Assembly (NCBI GenBank): GCA_016215455.1
Contig: JACRJP010000002.1
Span: forward strand, 151,622 to 215,621
Length of the DNA stretch: 64,000 bases
DNA from: Candidatus Tayloriibacteriota bacterium
GTDB taxonomy: Bacteria; Patescibacteriota; Minisyncoccia; Phycocordibacterales; PALSA-1337
Reading direction: 5' to 3'
Each line of letters begins with the position of its first letter. Within the stretch, counting starts at the first letter, position 1. The notes under the pieces are model-generated. The model saw only the letters and a program-made list of their open reading frames with translations, searched no databases and was not told where the DNA came from. This document shows, one piece after another, positions 48,078 through 57,328 of this stretch. The position numbers and the translations under genes are program-made.

Positions 48078-48290
48078 TCATTACCCCCCTTGATTATTTT
48101 CTAGGGAAGCATATACTCTTGGATAGATTGCACTTAGGTCGCAAATCGTGTCTCCTACCACCTCAACGGGGGGTTTTGGGTGAGCCTCCCTTGCTGGTGG
48201 ATGAGTTTCAAGAAGTCTGGGAAAGACCATTCCCAAAAGTATGCGTGTTGGCAACATACGCTACACTTCACGAACTCACACGTTTTGTGG

Positions 48291-48348
48291 GCCGGGCCGG
48301 CTTCGCTCCATTCCTCCCCGAAGCCGGCCTATCTTTATTTAATTTTTT
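48291..48348 (+). terminator. Strong rho-independent terminator about 215 nt downstream of argS
   Basis: GGCCGGCTTCG-13 nt loop-CGAAGCCGGCC, then TATCTTTATTTAATTTTTT. Confidence 0.7.
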
Positions 48349-48531
48349 CGAGTAAAACTGTTTCTTGTCCAAACTATCTCAGTTTGCTATACTCACAGGG
48401 TGAACAGAGCGATTTCCATTTCAGGTATTTCAATTATCAACCACTAATAAAAGTGGGGTCTCGCTCATATCTCCGTAACAAAAATTTAGATACGAGCCAG
48501 GCCCTGAAAAGGGCCTGCGCCATGTATATTT

Positions 48532-51500
48532 ATGTCTGATACACTACAACAACCCGCAGAAGGAGGTACTTCTCCTGAGAAAACAGAACACGCTCTACGT
48601 GAAGAGAGGGTACTTAACTTTTGGAATGTTCAAGGAATTTTCCAAAAATCTCTCAAAAAAGATTCTCCGAAAGGTGAGTTTGTATTTTACGATGGTCCTC
48701 CTTTTGCTACAGGTACTCCTCACTACGGACATATTCTTGCTGGAACAATTAAAGATGTCATTCCGCGTTATAAGACAATGCAAGGGTATCATGTTCCTCG
48801 TCGTTGGGGTTGGGATTGTCACGGTCTTCCTCTCGAAAATCTTATTGAAAAAGAACTTAATCTTGCATCAAAAAAAGATATTGAAATTCTTGGTGTAGGT
48901 AAATTTAATGAAGCTGCACGAAATGCAGTGCTTCGCTATGCTCATGTGTGGAAAGAGCAGGTGCCTCGATTGGGACGTTGGGTAGACATGGAAAATGACT
49001 ATCGAACAATGGATGCGTCATATACCGAGTCTGTTTGGTGGGTGTTTCAGAATCTGTATAACAAGGGACTTATTTATGAAAGTTTTAAGTCGATGCACCT
49101 CTGTCCTCGTTGTGGTACGACACTGTCAAATTTTGAAGTAAATCAAGGATATAAAGACATCACTGATATTTCAGTGTATGTAAAATTTGAAATTCTTGGT
49201 GAAAAAAATACATATCTCCTCGCGTGGACGACAACACCATGGACATTACCAGGTAACGTTGCTCTTGCTGTTGGAAGTGATATTGAATATGTCAAAATAA
49301 AAATAGGGGAGGCTGTATACATTCTTGCAAAAGATCGACTCTCTGTTGTAAAAGAAAACTATGAAATAGTGTCAGAGTTAAAAGGTAGTGAACTTGTTGG
49401 TAAAAAATACAAACCTGTATTTGAGTACTATTCCAATGATACAAAATTAGAAAATCGTCAGAATGGTTGGAAGGTATATGCTGCGCCATTTGTTACCACA
49501 ACAGACGGTACTGGAATTGTTCATATAGCTCCAGCGTACGGTGCTGATGACTATGATTTGTCTCAAAAAGAAAAGACCCCATTCATTCAACATGTTGGTG
49601 TTGATGGAAAATTTAAAAAAGAAGTTACAGATTTTGCAGGTCTTACTGCCAAGCCAAAAGGGGAGAAGGATGAGAAAGATCCTCACCAAAAAAGTGATAT
49701 TGAGGTCATCAAGTATCTTGCTGCAAAGAATGTGCTTTTTGCAAAAGAAAAAATAGTTCACTCGTACCCACATTGTTGGAGATGTGAAACTCCACTTTTG
49801 AATTACGCTACGTCTTCATGGTTCGTAAAGGTAACCGATTTCAAAGATAAACTTGTTAAGGCAAATAAAAAAGTAGGTTGGACACCATCACTTGTTGGAG
49901 AAAATCGTTTTGGAAAATGGCTTGAAGGTGCGCGTGATTGGGCAATTTCACGTTCTCGATATTGGGGAGCTCCAATTCCTGTGTGGAAGTCAGAAGATGG
50001 TAAAGAGGTATTTGTACCGTGTTCTGTTGCTGATATGCGAGCACGAGGCAAACGAACAACAAATTTCTTTCTTATGCGTCACGGTGAGACCGAGTATAAT
50101 CAGAAAGGCTTAATAAGTCCTGAGAAAGATATACCAGATCATCTTACTATCGATGGTCGAGAGCAGGTGAAGGTTTCAGCTGATAGACTTAAATCTCACC
50201 TCGGTTCATCAAATATTGACGTCATCGTTGCATCTCCTTTTGTGAGAACACGTGAGACGGTTACTATTGTTTCTGAAATACTTGGTGTACCACGATCTGC
50301 AATCATATTTGATGATCGACTAGGTGAAGTACATGCAGATGCTTTCAAAGGCCGTCCATGGAAAGAGTATCTTAATTTGTTTAAGGATCGTGATGAAGCA
50401 TATGTCAAAAATATTGATGGAGTTGAAAACCTTTCTCATGTTCGTGCTCGGGTTGGGGAAGTGTTATATGAACTCAATACTAAATTTGCAGGAAAGAATG
50501 TGCTCATTGTAAGTCATGGCACACCACTCAAAAATATTCTTGCAGTATCTCTTGGTAAAAATACCGATGCATCAATACCAATGTTTGATAATGCAGAAGT
50601 ACGGAAACTTGATTTTGTTCCACTTCCACATAATGAAAAATACGAACTTGATTTTCATCGACCGTTTATCGATGATGTCACTTTTTTGGATTCACGAGGT
50701 GGTGTCATGCGCCGTGTCCCCGATGTCTTTGATTGTTGGTTTGAATCAGGTTCAATGCCATATGGTGAAGCGCATTATATGGGCCGACCAGTAGCCACAT
50801 TTGATCCTAAGGGAGGATTGTTGAGAAGTAAAAAAGGTTTTCCTGCTGATTTTATCGCCGAAGGACTCGATCAGACACGAGGTTGGTTCTATTCAATGAT
50901 GGTGCTCGGTGTCGCTCTCTTTGGAAAAAGCCCTTACAAACACGTCATTGTTAATGGTCTTATTCTCGCTGAAGATGGACGCAAGATGTCAAAGAGTTTA
51001 AAAAACTTTCCAGATCCAATGGATGTGGTAGGTAAGTACGGTATGGATGCTGTGCGATATTACCTTCTTTCATCTCAAGCTGTTGCAGGGGAAGATCTTT
51101 GTTTTAGTGAAAAAGGAGTTGATGATGTTGTTAAGAAAGTAATTAATCGTCTCAATAATGTTGTTTCTTTCTATGAGATGTACGCAAAGAATACCAAGAA
51201 TATTCTTCCTCACGCTAATTCGAAAAATATTCTCGATATATGGATCATTTCTCGTCTTAATGAAACTATTATGAAAGTGACCACAGGACTCGAAAACTAC
51301 GAACTCAATACAGCAATCCGTCCAGTATATGATTTCATTGAAGATCTTTCGGTGTGGTATCTCAGACGTTCACGAGATCGTTTTAAGTCTGATGATGTTG
51401 AAGATAAACAAGCGGCGCTCATTACGACTCAGTATGTACTTATCGAACTCTCAAAAATTATGGCACCTTTCATGCCGTTTCTTGCAGAGGATATGTACAG

Positions 51501-52083
51501 TCGGGTAAAAACTGACAGTATGCCAGAGAGTGTTCACCTTACCGTATGGCCAGTCGCTACAAAAATACATACTGATGTAATTGTTCGTATGCAAGAAGTT
51601 CGTAAATTAGTAACCCTCGGTCTCGAAGCTCGTACAAAAGCAAAGATAAATGTCCGTCAGCCACTTGCACGACTCATGGTAACTCCGAGTGATATTACTA
51701 AAAAGATTCTTGCTGAAGATGAACTTGTTGCACTGATTCGTGATGAGGTAAACGTAAAAGATGTGGTCGTTGATTCAGGTGTCACTGAAGGTGTTACACT
51801 CGATCTCAGTATCTCTGATGAGCTTAAAGAAGAGGGAACTGTACGTGAACTCATTCGTGCAATTCAAGATCTTCGTAAAGAAATTGGTTTAAATGTCGGT
51901 GATACAGCTACGTTGTCATATGAAGCAACAGGGACTATTGCAGATGTCATCTCAAAGAACGCAGCAGCTCTCATGAAGGCAACACAACTTACAAAGATCT
52001 CTCCGGTGACGTTCCCTCAAGAAAATTCAGCAAAAACAATTACTGTTGCTGATGCTGCGGTGAAGATTCTAATTTCTCGATAG
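48532..52083 (+). CDS. ileS: Isoleucyl-tRNA synthetase carrying an internal histidine-phosphatase-like domain insertion
   Basis: HIGH (PPFATGTPHYGH), GWDCHGLP, WAISRSRYWGAPIP, MRRVPDVFDCWFESGS and KMSKSLKN are all IleRS-specific. Between PIPVW and the FHRPFIDDV block lies about 200 aa with RHGE..R..SHG histidine-phosphatase motifs. 1183 aa. Confidence 0.85.
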   Translation: MSDTLQQPAEGGTSPEKTEHALREERVLNFWNVQGIFQKSLKKDSPKGEFVFYDGPPFATGTPHYGHILAGTIKDVIPRYKTMQGYHVPRRWGWDCHGLPLENLIEKELNLASKKDIEILGVGKFNEAARNAVLRYAHVWKEQVPRLGRWVDMENDYRTMDASYTESVWWVFQNLYNKGLIYESFKSMHLCPRCGTTLSNFEVNQGYKDITDISVYVKFEILGEKNTYLLAWTTTPWTLPGNVALAVGSDIEYVKIKIGEAVYILAKDRLSVVKENYEIVSELKGSELVGKKYKPVFEYYSNDTKLENRQNGWKVYAAPFVTTTDGTGIVHIAPAYGADDYDLSQKEKTPFIQHVGVDGKFKKEVTDFAGLTAKPKGEKDEKDPHQKSDIEVIKYLAAKNVLFAKEKIVHSYPHCWRCETPLLNYATSSWFVKVTDFKDKLVKANKKVGWTPSLVGENRFGKWLEGARDWAISRSRYWGAPIPVWKSEDGKEVFVPCSVADMRARGKRTTNFFLMRHGETEYNQKGLISPEKDIPDHLTIDGREQVKVSADRLKSHLGSSNIDVIVASPFVRTRETVTIVSEILGVPRSAIIFDDRLGEVHADAFKGRPWKEYLNLFKDRDEAYVKNIDGVENLSHVRARVGEVLYELNTKFAGKNVLIVSHGTPLKNILAVSLGKNTDASIPMFDNAEVRKLDFVPLPHNEKYELDFHRPFIDDVTFLDSRGGVMRRVPDVFDCWFESGSMPYGEAHYMGRPVATFDPKGGLLRSKKGFPADFIAEGLDQTRGWFYSMMVLGVALFGKSPYKHVIVNGLILAEDGRKMSKSLKNFPDPMDVVGKYGMDAVRYYLLSSQAVAGEDLCFSEKGVDDVVKKVINRLNNVVSFYEMYAKNTKNILPHANSKNILDIWIISRLNETIMKVTTGLENYELNTAIRPVYDFIEDLSVWYLRRSRDRFKSDDVEDKQAALITTQYVLIELSKIMAPFMPFLAEDMYSRVKTDSMPESVHLTVWPVATKIHTDVIVRMQEVRKLVTLGLEARTKAKINVRQPLARLMVTPSDITKKILAEDELVALIRDEVNVKDVVVDSGVTEGVTLDLSISDELKEEGTVRELIRAIQDLRKEIGLNVGDTATLSYEATGTIADVISKNAAALMKATQLTKISPVTFPQENSAKTITVADAAVKILISR

Positions 52084-52085
52084 GT

Positions 52086-52670
52086 ATGTATCATATTCAC
52101 CACACTCTTGGGGTGATTACACAAACAGTACCTCACGGAGAAGCAAATCGTCTCTACTCTATTCTCACTCAAGATTTGGGTCTTGTGCGGGTTCATGCTC
52201 AAGGGGTACGCCTCGGTAAGTCAAAACTCAAAAGTCATCTCGTTCCGTACGTTGTAAAAGAATTTTCTTTTGTACGGGGAAAAGAAATATGGCGTCTTAC
52301 GACGGTAAAAGAATCTTCTGAATATCCTCACCATATTACTGATGAAAAAGCACGAAAAGTGTATGCGAGAATCTTGGCAGCAATTACGCGTCTTGTTTCA
52401 GGCGAAGAACATCAACCGTCGATTTTCACGGTTGTGTCTGCGTGTTTGGTGTATTTGTCTCAGGAAACAACCTCGGAGGCTCTTGAGGCTGTAGAACTCA
52501 TTACGATGGTTCGTATCCTGTATGAACTTGGGTATATTGATAAGACTACGTACCTTACACCTATTCTTGAGACTACAACATTTACTCCAGATGAGATTAC
52601 TCAAGTACTCGCAGCTCGTACGACAATTACTCACGACATCAACACTGCTCTCAAAGCCAGTCAGTTGTAA
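52086..52670 (+). CDS. recO: DNA repair protein RecO (short)
   Basis: N-terminal OB-fold pattern GVITQTVPHGEANRLYSILTQDLGLVRVHAQGVRLGKSKL matches RecO. 194 aa. Moderate confidence. Confidence 0.5.
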   Translation: MYHIHHTLGVITQTVPHGEANRLYSILTQDLGLVRVHAQGVRLGKSKLKSHLVPYVVKEFSFVRGKEIWRLTTVKESSEYPHHITDEKARKVYARILAAITRLVSGEEHQPSIFTVVSACLVYLSQETTSEALEAVELITMVRILYELGYIDKTTYLTPILETTTFTPDEITQVLAARTTITHDINTALKASQL

Positions 52671-52689
52671 TGTGGTATACTGTTCCAAT

Positions 52690-54630
52690 ATGGTAGATCA
52701 AGGTGACCAGAGTAAAATCGAAGCCCTTAAAAAAGGTTTGTATTCTCGAAACGCCCCCGACGTGCGTCATAAACATCATGCTGGTCTTGAAGAAGATCAC
52801 TATGATGTAAAGACGGATTGGGAACACCCACAAGAACCAGTGGAGGAAGTTCGTTTAAACGAAGAATACGAAGATCATCACATGTCATTTTTCACGAAGC
52901 TTCTTATTGCCTCGGGTATATTTTTTGTACTTGCACTTGGTGTTGGTGCGTATCTTTTCTTTCAAGGAAGTAATATGGTTTCGGCAAACAATGTCGATAT
53001 CATGATCGAAGGTCCTGTATCAGTTTCTGGTGGGGAACCGTTAGGATTCCAAGTTCAGGTGTATAATAAAAATAATATTAAACTCGAACTCGTCGACCTT
53101 ACTGTAGAATTTCCTGCAGGCACAGCTGACCCTGATGATTCAACAAAAGAACTACGACGATTCCGTGAGTTTATGGATGATATTAATCCAGGGGGAGTTT
53201 CTCAAAAAACTGTTCGAGCAATCCTCTATGGTGAAGAAAATAGTCGTAAGCAGGTAAAGGTAAGAGTGGAATATCGAGTAAAAGGTTCGAATGCTATAAA
53301 TTATAAAGAAAAAGACTATGAGGTAGCGATTACTTCAGCACCTATCAATATATCCATTTCATCATTCAAAGAAGTAAATTCAGGTCAGGAATTTGAAATG
53401 GCAGTACAGGTAACCTCAAACTCTCAAGAGGTGCTTAAGAATATTTTGCTCAAGGCAGTGTATCCTTTTGGATATACATTCATTTCATCTGATGTGAAGC
53501 CGATATACGACAATGCAACATGGAAAATCGGCGATCTTCCTCCAAAAGGAAAGCGTACAATTAAGATCAAAGGTAGAATCGATGGTCAGGATGATGAAGA
53601 GCGTGTTATACGATTCGCACTCGGTGTGCAGAGTATTAAGAGTGACAAGATCATCGGCACTGAATTTGTTACTACTGCTCAAAATATTCTTGTTAAGAAA
53701 CCATTCTTGAGTACTGAAGTTGCTTTTGATGGAGATACGACGATTCAAGAATATGTCAGTCAGTTTAATAATCAGGTTCAGGTGGAGATTTCTTGGTTCA
53801 ACAACCTTCCGACTTCAGTTATTGATGGAGAAATTCGTGTAAAACTCTCAGGTAGTGCATTTGATAAGGCTTCAGTTAGTCCTGATCAAGGTTTCTATCG
53901 TTCTGCAGAGAATGAAATTGTATGGAATAAGATTACATCAAAGAGTCTTGCTTCAATCGGTGCAGGGGAAAGTGGTCGTGTCTCATTCCGTATCACACCA
54001 CGTAATTTGAGCACTCAAGCTCGACAGGTTATCAATCCAGATATTGGAATTGATGTCAGTGTAAAAGCAAATCGTGTTTCAGATGGATCGAATGTACCAC
54101 AAGTTATCGCTTCAACTGTTAAAAAGAAAATCAAAGTTGGTTCATCAGCATCTCTCGCATCACAAGTGTTGTATTCAACTGGGCCTCTTACAAATACCGG
54201 TCCATTTCCTCCAAAAGCCGAAACACCTACAACATTTACGGTTCTCTGGACTATCTATAACACTTCAAGTAATATTTCGAATGCAGAAGTTCGTTCTTCG
54301 TTACCGGCATATGTGAAGTGGGTTGATAAGGTGGCTCCATCTAATGAGAATATCGTTTATAACCCTGTAGACGGTAGTATTATATGGAAAGCCGGTAGTA
54401 TTGCAGCTAATACGGGTACAGATGCGAATAAGCGTCAGGTGGCATTCCAGATTTCTTTGACGCCGAGTGTAAGTCAGGTAGGGCAGTCGCCAGTTCTCAT
54501 TAACGAAGCGGTATTCAGTGCGATAGATCAATTTACAAACACTCAAATTGAAACAAATCTATCCGGGCAGACAACAGAACTTCAGGATGATTCTCGCTAT
54601 GCAGGTAATGGAGGTGCGGTACAACGATAA
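52690..54630 (+). CDS. Large membrane-anchored protein with extracytoplasmic beta-rich domain (hypothetical)
   Basis: First ATG at 52690 (MVDQGDQS..). Acidic/His-rich cytoplasmic N-terminus, one TM (LLIASGIFFVLALGVGAYLFF), then about 560 aa of S/T/V-rich repeats. The ORF-track start at 52522 overlaps recO and is unsupported. Confidence 0.45.
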   Translation: MVDQGDQSKIEALKKGLYSRNAPDVRHKHHAGLEEDHYDVKTDWEHPQEPVEEVRLNEEYEDHHMSFFTKLLIASGIFFVLALGVGAYLFFQGSNMVSANNVDIMIEGPVSVSGGEPLGFQVQVYNKNNIKLELVDLTVEFPAGTADPDDSTKELRRFREFMDDINPGGVSQKTVRAILYGEENSRKQVKVRVEYRVKGSNAINYKEKDYEVAITSAPINISISSFKEVNSGQEFEMAVQVTSNSQEVLKNILLKAVYPFGYTFISSDVKPIYDNATWKIGDLPPKGKRTIKIKGRIDGQDDEERVIRFALGVQSIKSDKIIGTEFVTTAQNILVKKPFLSTEVAFDGDTTIQEYVSQFNNQVQVEISWFNNLPTSVIDGEIRVKLSGSAFDKASVSPDQGFYRSAENEIVWNKITSKSLASIGAGESGRVSFRITPRNLSTQARQVINPDIGIDVSVKANRVSDGSNVPQVIASTVKKKIKVGSSASLASQVLYSTGPLTNTGPFPPKAETPTTFTVLWTIYNTSSNISNAEVRSSLPAYVKWVDKVAPSNENIVYNPVDGSIIWKAGSIAANTGTDANKRQVAFQISLTPSVSQVGQSPVLINEAVFSAIDQFTNTQIETNLSGQTTELQDDSRYAGNGGAVQR

Positions 54631-54647
54631 CGAACAAACTAACGATT

Positions 54648-56033
54648 ATGAAAAAAGAACGAAATGAATTGATGGAAGAAATAGTATCGCTCTCAAAGCG
54701 CCGTGGTTTTATCTACCAAGGTTCTGAAATTTATGGTGGTCTCGCTGGTACATGGGATTACGGTCCCTACGGTGTTGCTCTAAAAAACAACATTACATCT
54801 CTGTGGTGGAAGCGTTTTGTAGATGATCGAGATGATATGTATGGTGTCGATGCTGCTATTCTCATGCATCAGAACGTCTGGAAGGCGAGTGGACACGTTG
54901 GTGGTTTTGCTGATCCTCTTGTGACTGATGTGAAGACGAATAAGCGATATCGAGCAGACCATCTTCTTGAAGAAATGGGTGTTGATCCAAAAGGTATGAC
55001 ACTCGATAAAATGACTGAAGTCATTCGAGAGAAGAAGATCAAGAGTCCTGAAGGTAACGACGTTAGTGACGTACGTCAGTTTAATATGATGTTCAAGACA
55101 CATGTCGGTGCACTTGAAGATGATGCCTCTATTTCATATCTCCGTCCTGAAACAGCGCAGGGTCTCTTTGTGAACTTTAAAAATATTATTGATACCTTTC
55201 ATCCGAAACTTCCATTCGGTCTTGCTCAGATTGGTAAGGCATTTCGAAACGAGATTGCTCCTCGTGACTTCATCTTCCGTGTACGCGAACTTGAACAGAT
55301 GGAAATTGAATATTTTGTTCGTCCAACAGATTGGAAGGGAACATTTGAACATTTTCTTGCACAACAGAAAGAATTTTTGACAAAGGATCTTGGTCTAAAT
55401 ACATCAAAGATTCATGTCGTTGATATTCCTGAAGCTGATCGGGCACATTACTCAAAGCATAGTGTTGATCATGAATTTGATTTTCCATTTGGTCAGAAGG
55501 AATTGCTCGGTCTTGCATATCGAACAGATTTCGATCTCAAGCAACACACGGAACATAGTGGTACTGATCTTTCATACTATGATGAAGAAACAAAAGAGCG
55601 CTTTATTCCACATTGTATCGAGCCAACGTTTGGTGTTGGTCGTCTCATGCTCGCGGTGATCTCTGACGCATATACTGTTGATGAACTCGGTGGTGAAAAG
55701 CGCACCTATCTCAAATTTGCTCCAAGTGTTGCTCCGGTGAAAGTTGCAGTGTTTCCATTACTTAAGAATAAGCCACAGTTGATTGATAAGGCTCAGGAAG
55801 TATTTAAGATGCTCCGCAAAGAAATAAAAGGAGTTGTCTTTGATGATAATGGTAATATTGGTAAACGATATCGTCGACAAGATGAAATTGGTACACCATT
55901 TTGTGTAACTATCGACTTTGATACAGTAGAAAAACCAGAAGCTGAAGTAACTATCCGACATCGTGATACAGGAGAGCAGGAGAGAGTAAAGATTTCTGAT
56001 TTACTTACTTATATTAAGACGAAGATAGGTTAA
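54648..56033 (+). CDS. glyQS: Glycyl-tRNA synthetase (dimeric GlyQS type)
   Basis: LSKRRGFIYQGSEIYGGLAGTWDYGPYGVALKNN N-terminal block. Class II motifs. 461 aa. Confidence 0.85.
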   Translation: MKKERNELMEEIVSLSKRRGFIYQGSEIYGGLAGTWDYGPYGVALKNNITSLWWKRFVDDRDDMYGVDAAILMHQNVWKASGHVGGFADPLVTDVKTNKRYRADHLLEEMGVDPKGMTLDKMTEVIREKKIKSPEGNDVSDVRQFNMMFKTHVGALEDDASISYLRPETAQGLFVNFKNIIDTFHPKLPFGLAQIGKAFRNEIAPRDFIFRVRELEQMEIEYFVRPTDWKGTFEHFLAQQKEFLTKDLGLNTSKIHVVDIPEADRAHYSKHSVDHEFDFPFGQKELLGLAYRTDFDLKQHTEHSGTDLSYYDEETKERFIPHCIEPTFGVGRLMLAVISDAYTVDELGGEKRTYLKFAPSVAPVKVAVFPLLKNKPQLIDKAQEVFKMLRKEIKGVVFDDNGNIGKRYRRQDEIGTPFCVTIDFDTVEKPEAEVTIRHRDTGEQERVKISDLLTYIKTKIG

Positions 56034-57301
56034 TGAAAACAAATACAACAATACTCAAAAACGGTATACGACTCGTGACGATACCAATGGTTGATAATCC
56101 TGCCGTGACAGTACTTGTTATGGTGTCTGCTGGTTCAAAATATGAAGCAAAAGAGCTTGGTGGTATCTCACATTTTCTTGAACATATGGCGTTTAAGGGT
56201 ACGACACGACGTCCGTCACCACTTATTATCAGTACCGAACTTGATTCAATTGGTGCAGACTATAATGCATTCACTGGGCAGGAATATACGGGCTACTATG
56301 CAAAATCGAGCCCTGATCGATTAGAAATAATTGTTGATGTGCTTGCTGATATGTATATCAATCCTCTTTTTGATGAAAAGGAAATGGAGAAAGAGAAGGG
56401 GGTTATTGTTGAAGAACTACGAATGTATCGAGATCTTCCACAGCGGCATGTTCATAATGTGTTTATGCAATTGGTATACGGAGATCAACCTGCGGGTCGA
56501 GAGATCGGAGGAACAGAAGAAACTGTTAAAAGTTTTACGCGTGATCATTTTATAAAATATCGTGATCAGCACTATGTAGCAGAAGCAACTACGATCGTAG
56601 TGGCTGGTACATTTGATGAAACAAAAATTACTGAATTAATTTCAGATAAGTTTTCGATGATTCTGACGAATAAGAAAATGGATAAGGAAAAGGTGAATGA
56701 TACCCAAACAGAGCCAGCTCTCAGAATAGAGAAGCGACCGACCGATCAGACTCATCTTATTCTCGGTGTTCGGACGTATGGAGTGACTGATGCAAAAGTC
56801 CCAGTCCTTAAACTTATTTCCGGTGTTCTTGGTGCTGGGTTGAGTTCACGCCTCGTGCAAAAGCTTCGTGAAGAAATGGGTGTTTGTTATTACGTAAATG
56901 CTCACAATGATCTTTATACTGATCATGGATTGTTTACAATATCCGCTGGGGTTGATAAGCAACGATTACCCGAAGTTGTTCAAACTCTCATTGCTGAACT
57001 TAATCGACTCAAAAATGAACTCATATCTCCTGAAGAATTAAAAAAGACAAGGGATTATTTAAAAGGAACATTACAACTTGGACTTGAAACATCAGATTCA
57101 CGTGCTGAGTTTGCAGGGTATCAATATATTCTTAAGAATAAGTTTCAAACTCCAGATGAGATCACTCAAGCTCTTGAAGCAGTAACTCCTGAAATGATTC
57201 GTGATGTAGCACGTGATATTTTTGTTACCGAACATCTTAATCTCGCAGTTATTGGAAATGTCGAAGACGAGAAGAAAATCAAGGCCCTGCTTAATTTTTA
57301 A
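56033..57301 (+). CDS. M16-family zinc peptidase (insulinase-like)
   Basis: HFLEHMAFKGT inverted zinc motif (HxxEH). 422 aa. Confidence 0.75.
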   Translation: MKTNTTILKNGIRLVTIPMVDNPAVTVLVMVSAGSKYEAKELGGISHFLEHMAFKGTTRRPSPLIISTELDSIGADYNAFTGQEYTGYYAKSSPDRLEIIVDVLADMYINPLFDEKEMEKEKGVIVEELRMYRDLPQRHVHNVFMQLVYGDQPAGREIGGTEETVKSFTRDHFIKYRDQHYVAEATTIVVAGTFDETKITELISDKFSMILTNKKMDKEKVNDTQTEPALRIEKRPTDQTHLILGVRTYGVTDAKVPVLKLISGVLGAGLSSRLVQKLREEMGVCYYVNAHNDLYTDHGLFTISAGVDKQRLPEVVQTLIAELNRLKNELISPEELKKTRDYLKGTLQLGLETSDSRAEFAGYQYILKNKFQTPDEITQALEAVTPEMIRDVARDIFVTEHLNLAVIGNVEDEKKIKALLNF

Positions 57302-57328
57302 GACATTCGGTGCTATGATGGGGGAGTT

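Noticed and set aside
48100-48350. SRP RNA or T-box leader in the argS-ileS spacer
   Set aside because: SRP domain IV (GGUCCGGAAGGAAGCAGC) is absent. The terminator loop GGGAGGAAUGGAG only superficially resembles it. No T-box sequence (AGGGUGGNACCGCG) or specifier-loop architecture was found.
50040-50650. Intein inside ileS
   Set aside because: The insert lacks intein splice-junction residues and HNH/LAGLIDADG blocks. Instead it carries RHG...R...SHG histidine-phosphatase motifs, and the flanking IleRS sequence is not duplicated or interrupted at a nucleophile.
52522-52689. ORF-track start of the 702-aa ORF overlapping recO
   Set aside because: This segment is out of frame with recO and has no features. 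The first ATG after the recO stop (52690) gives a sensible N-terminus.
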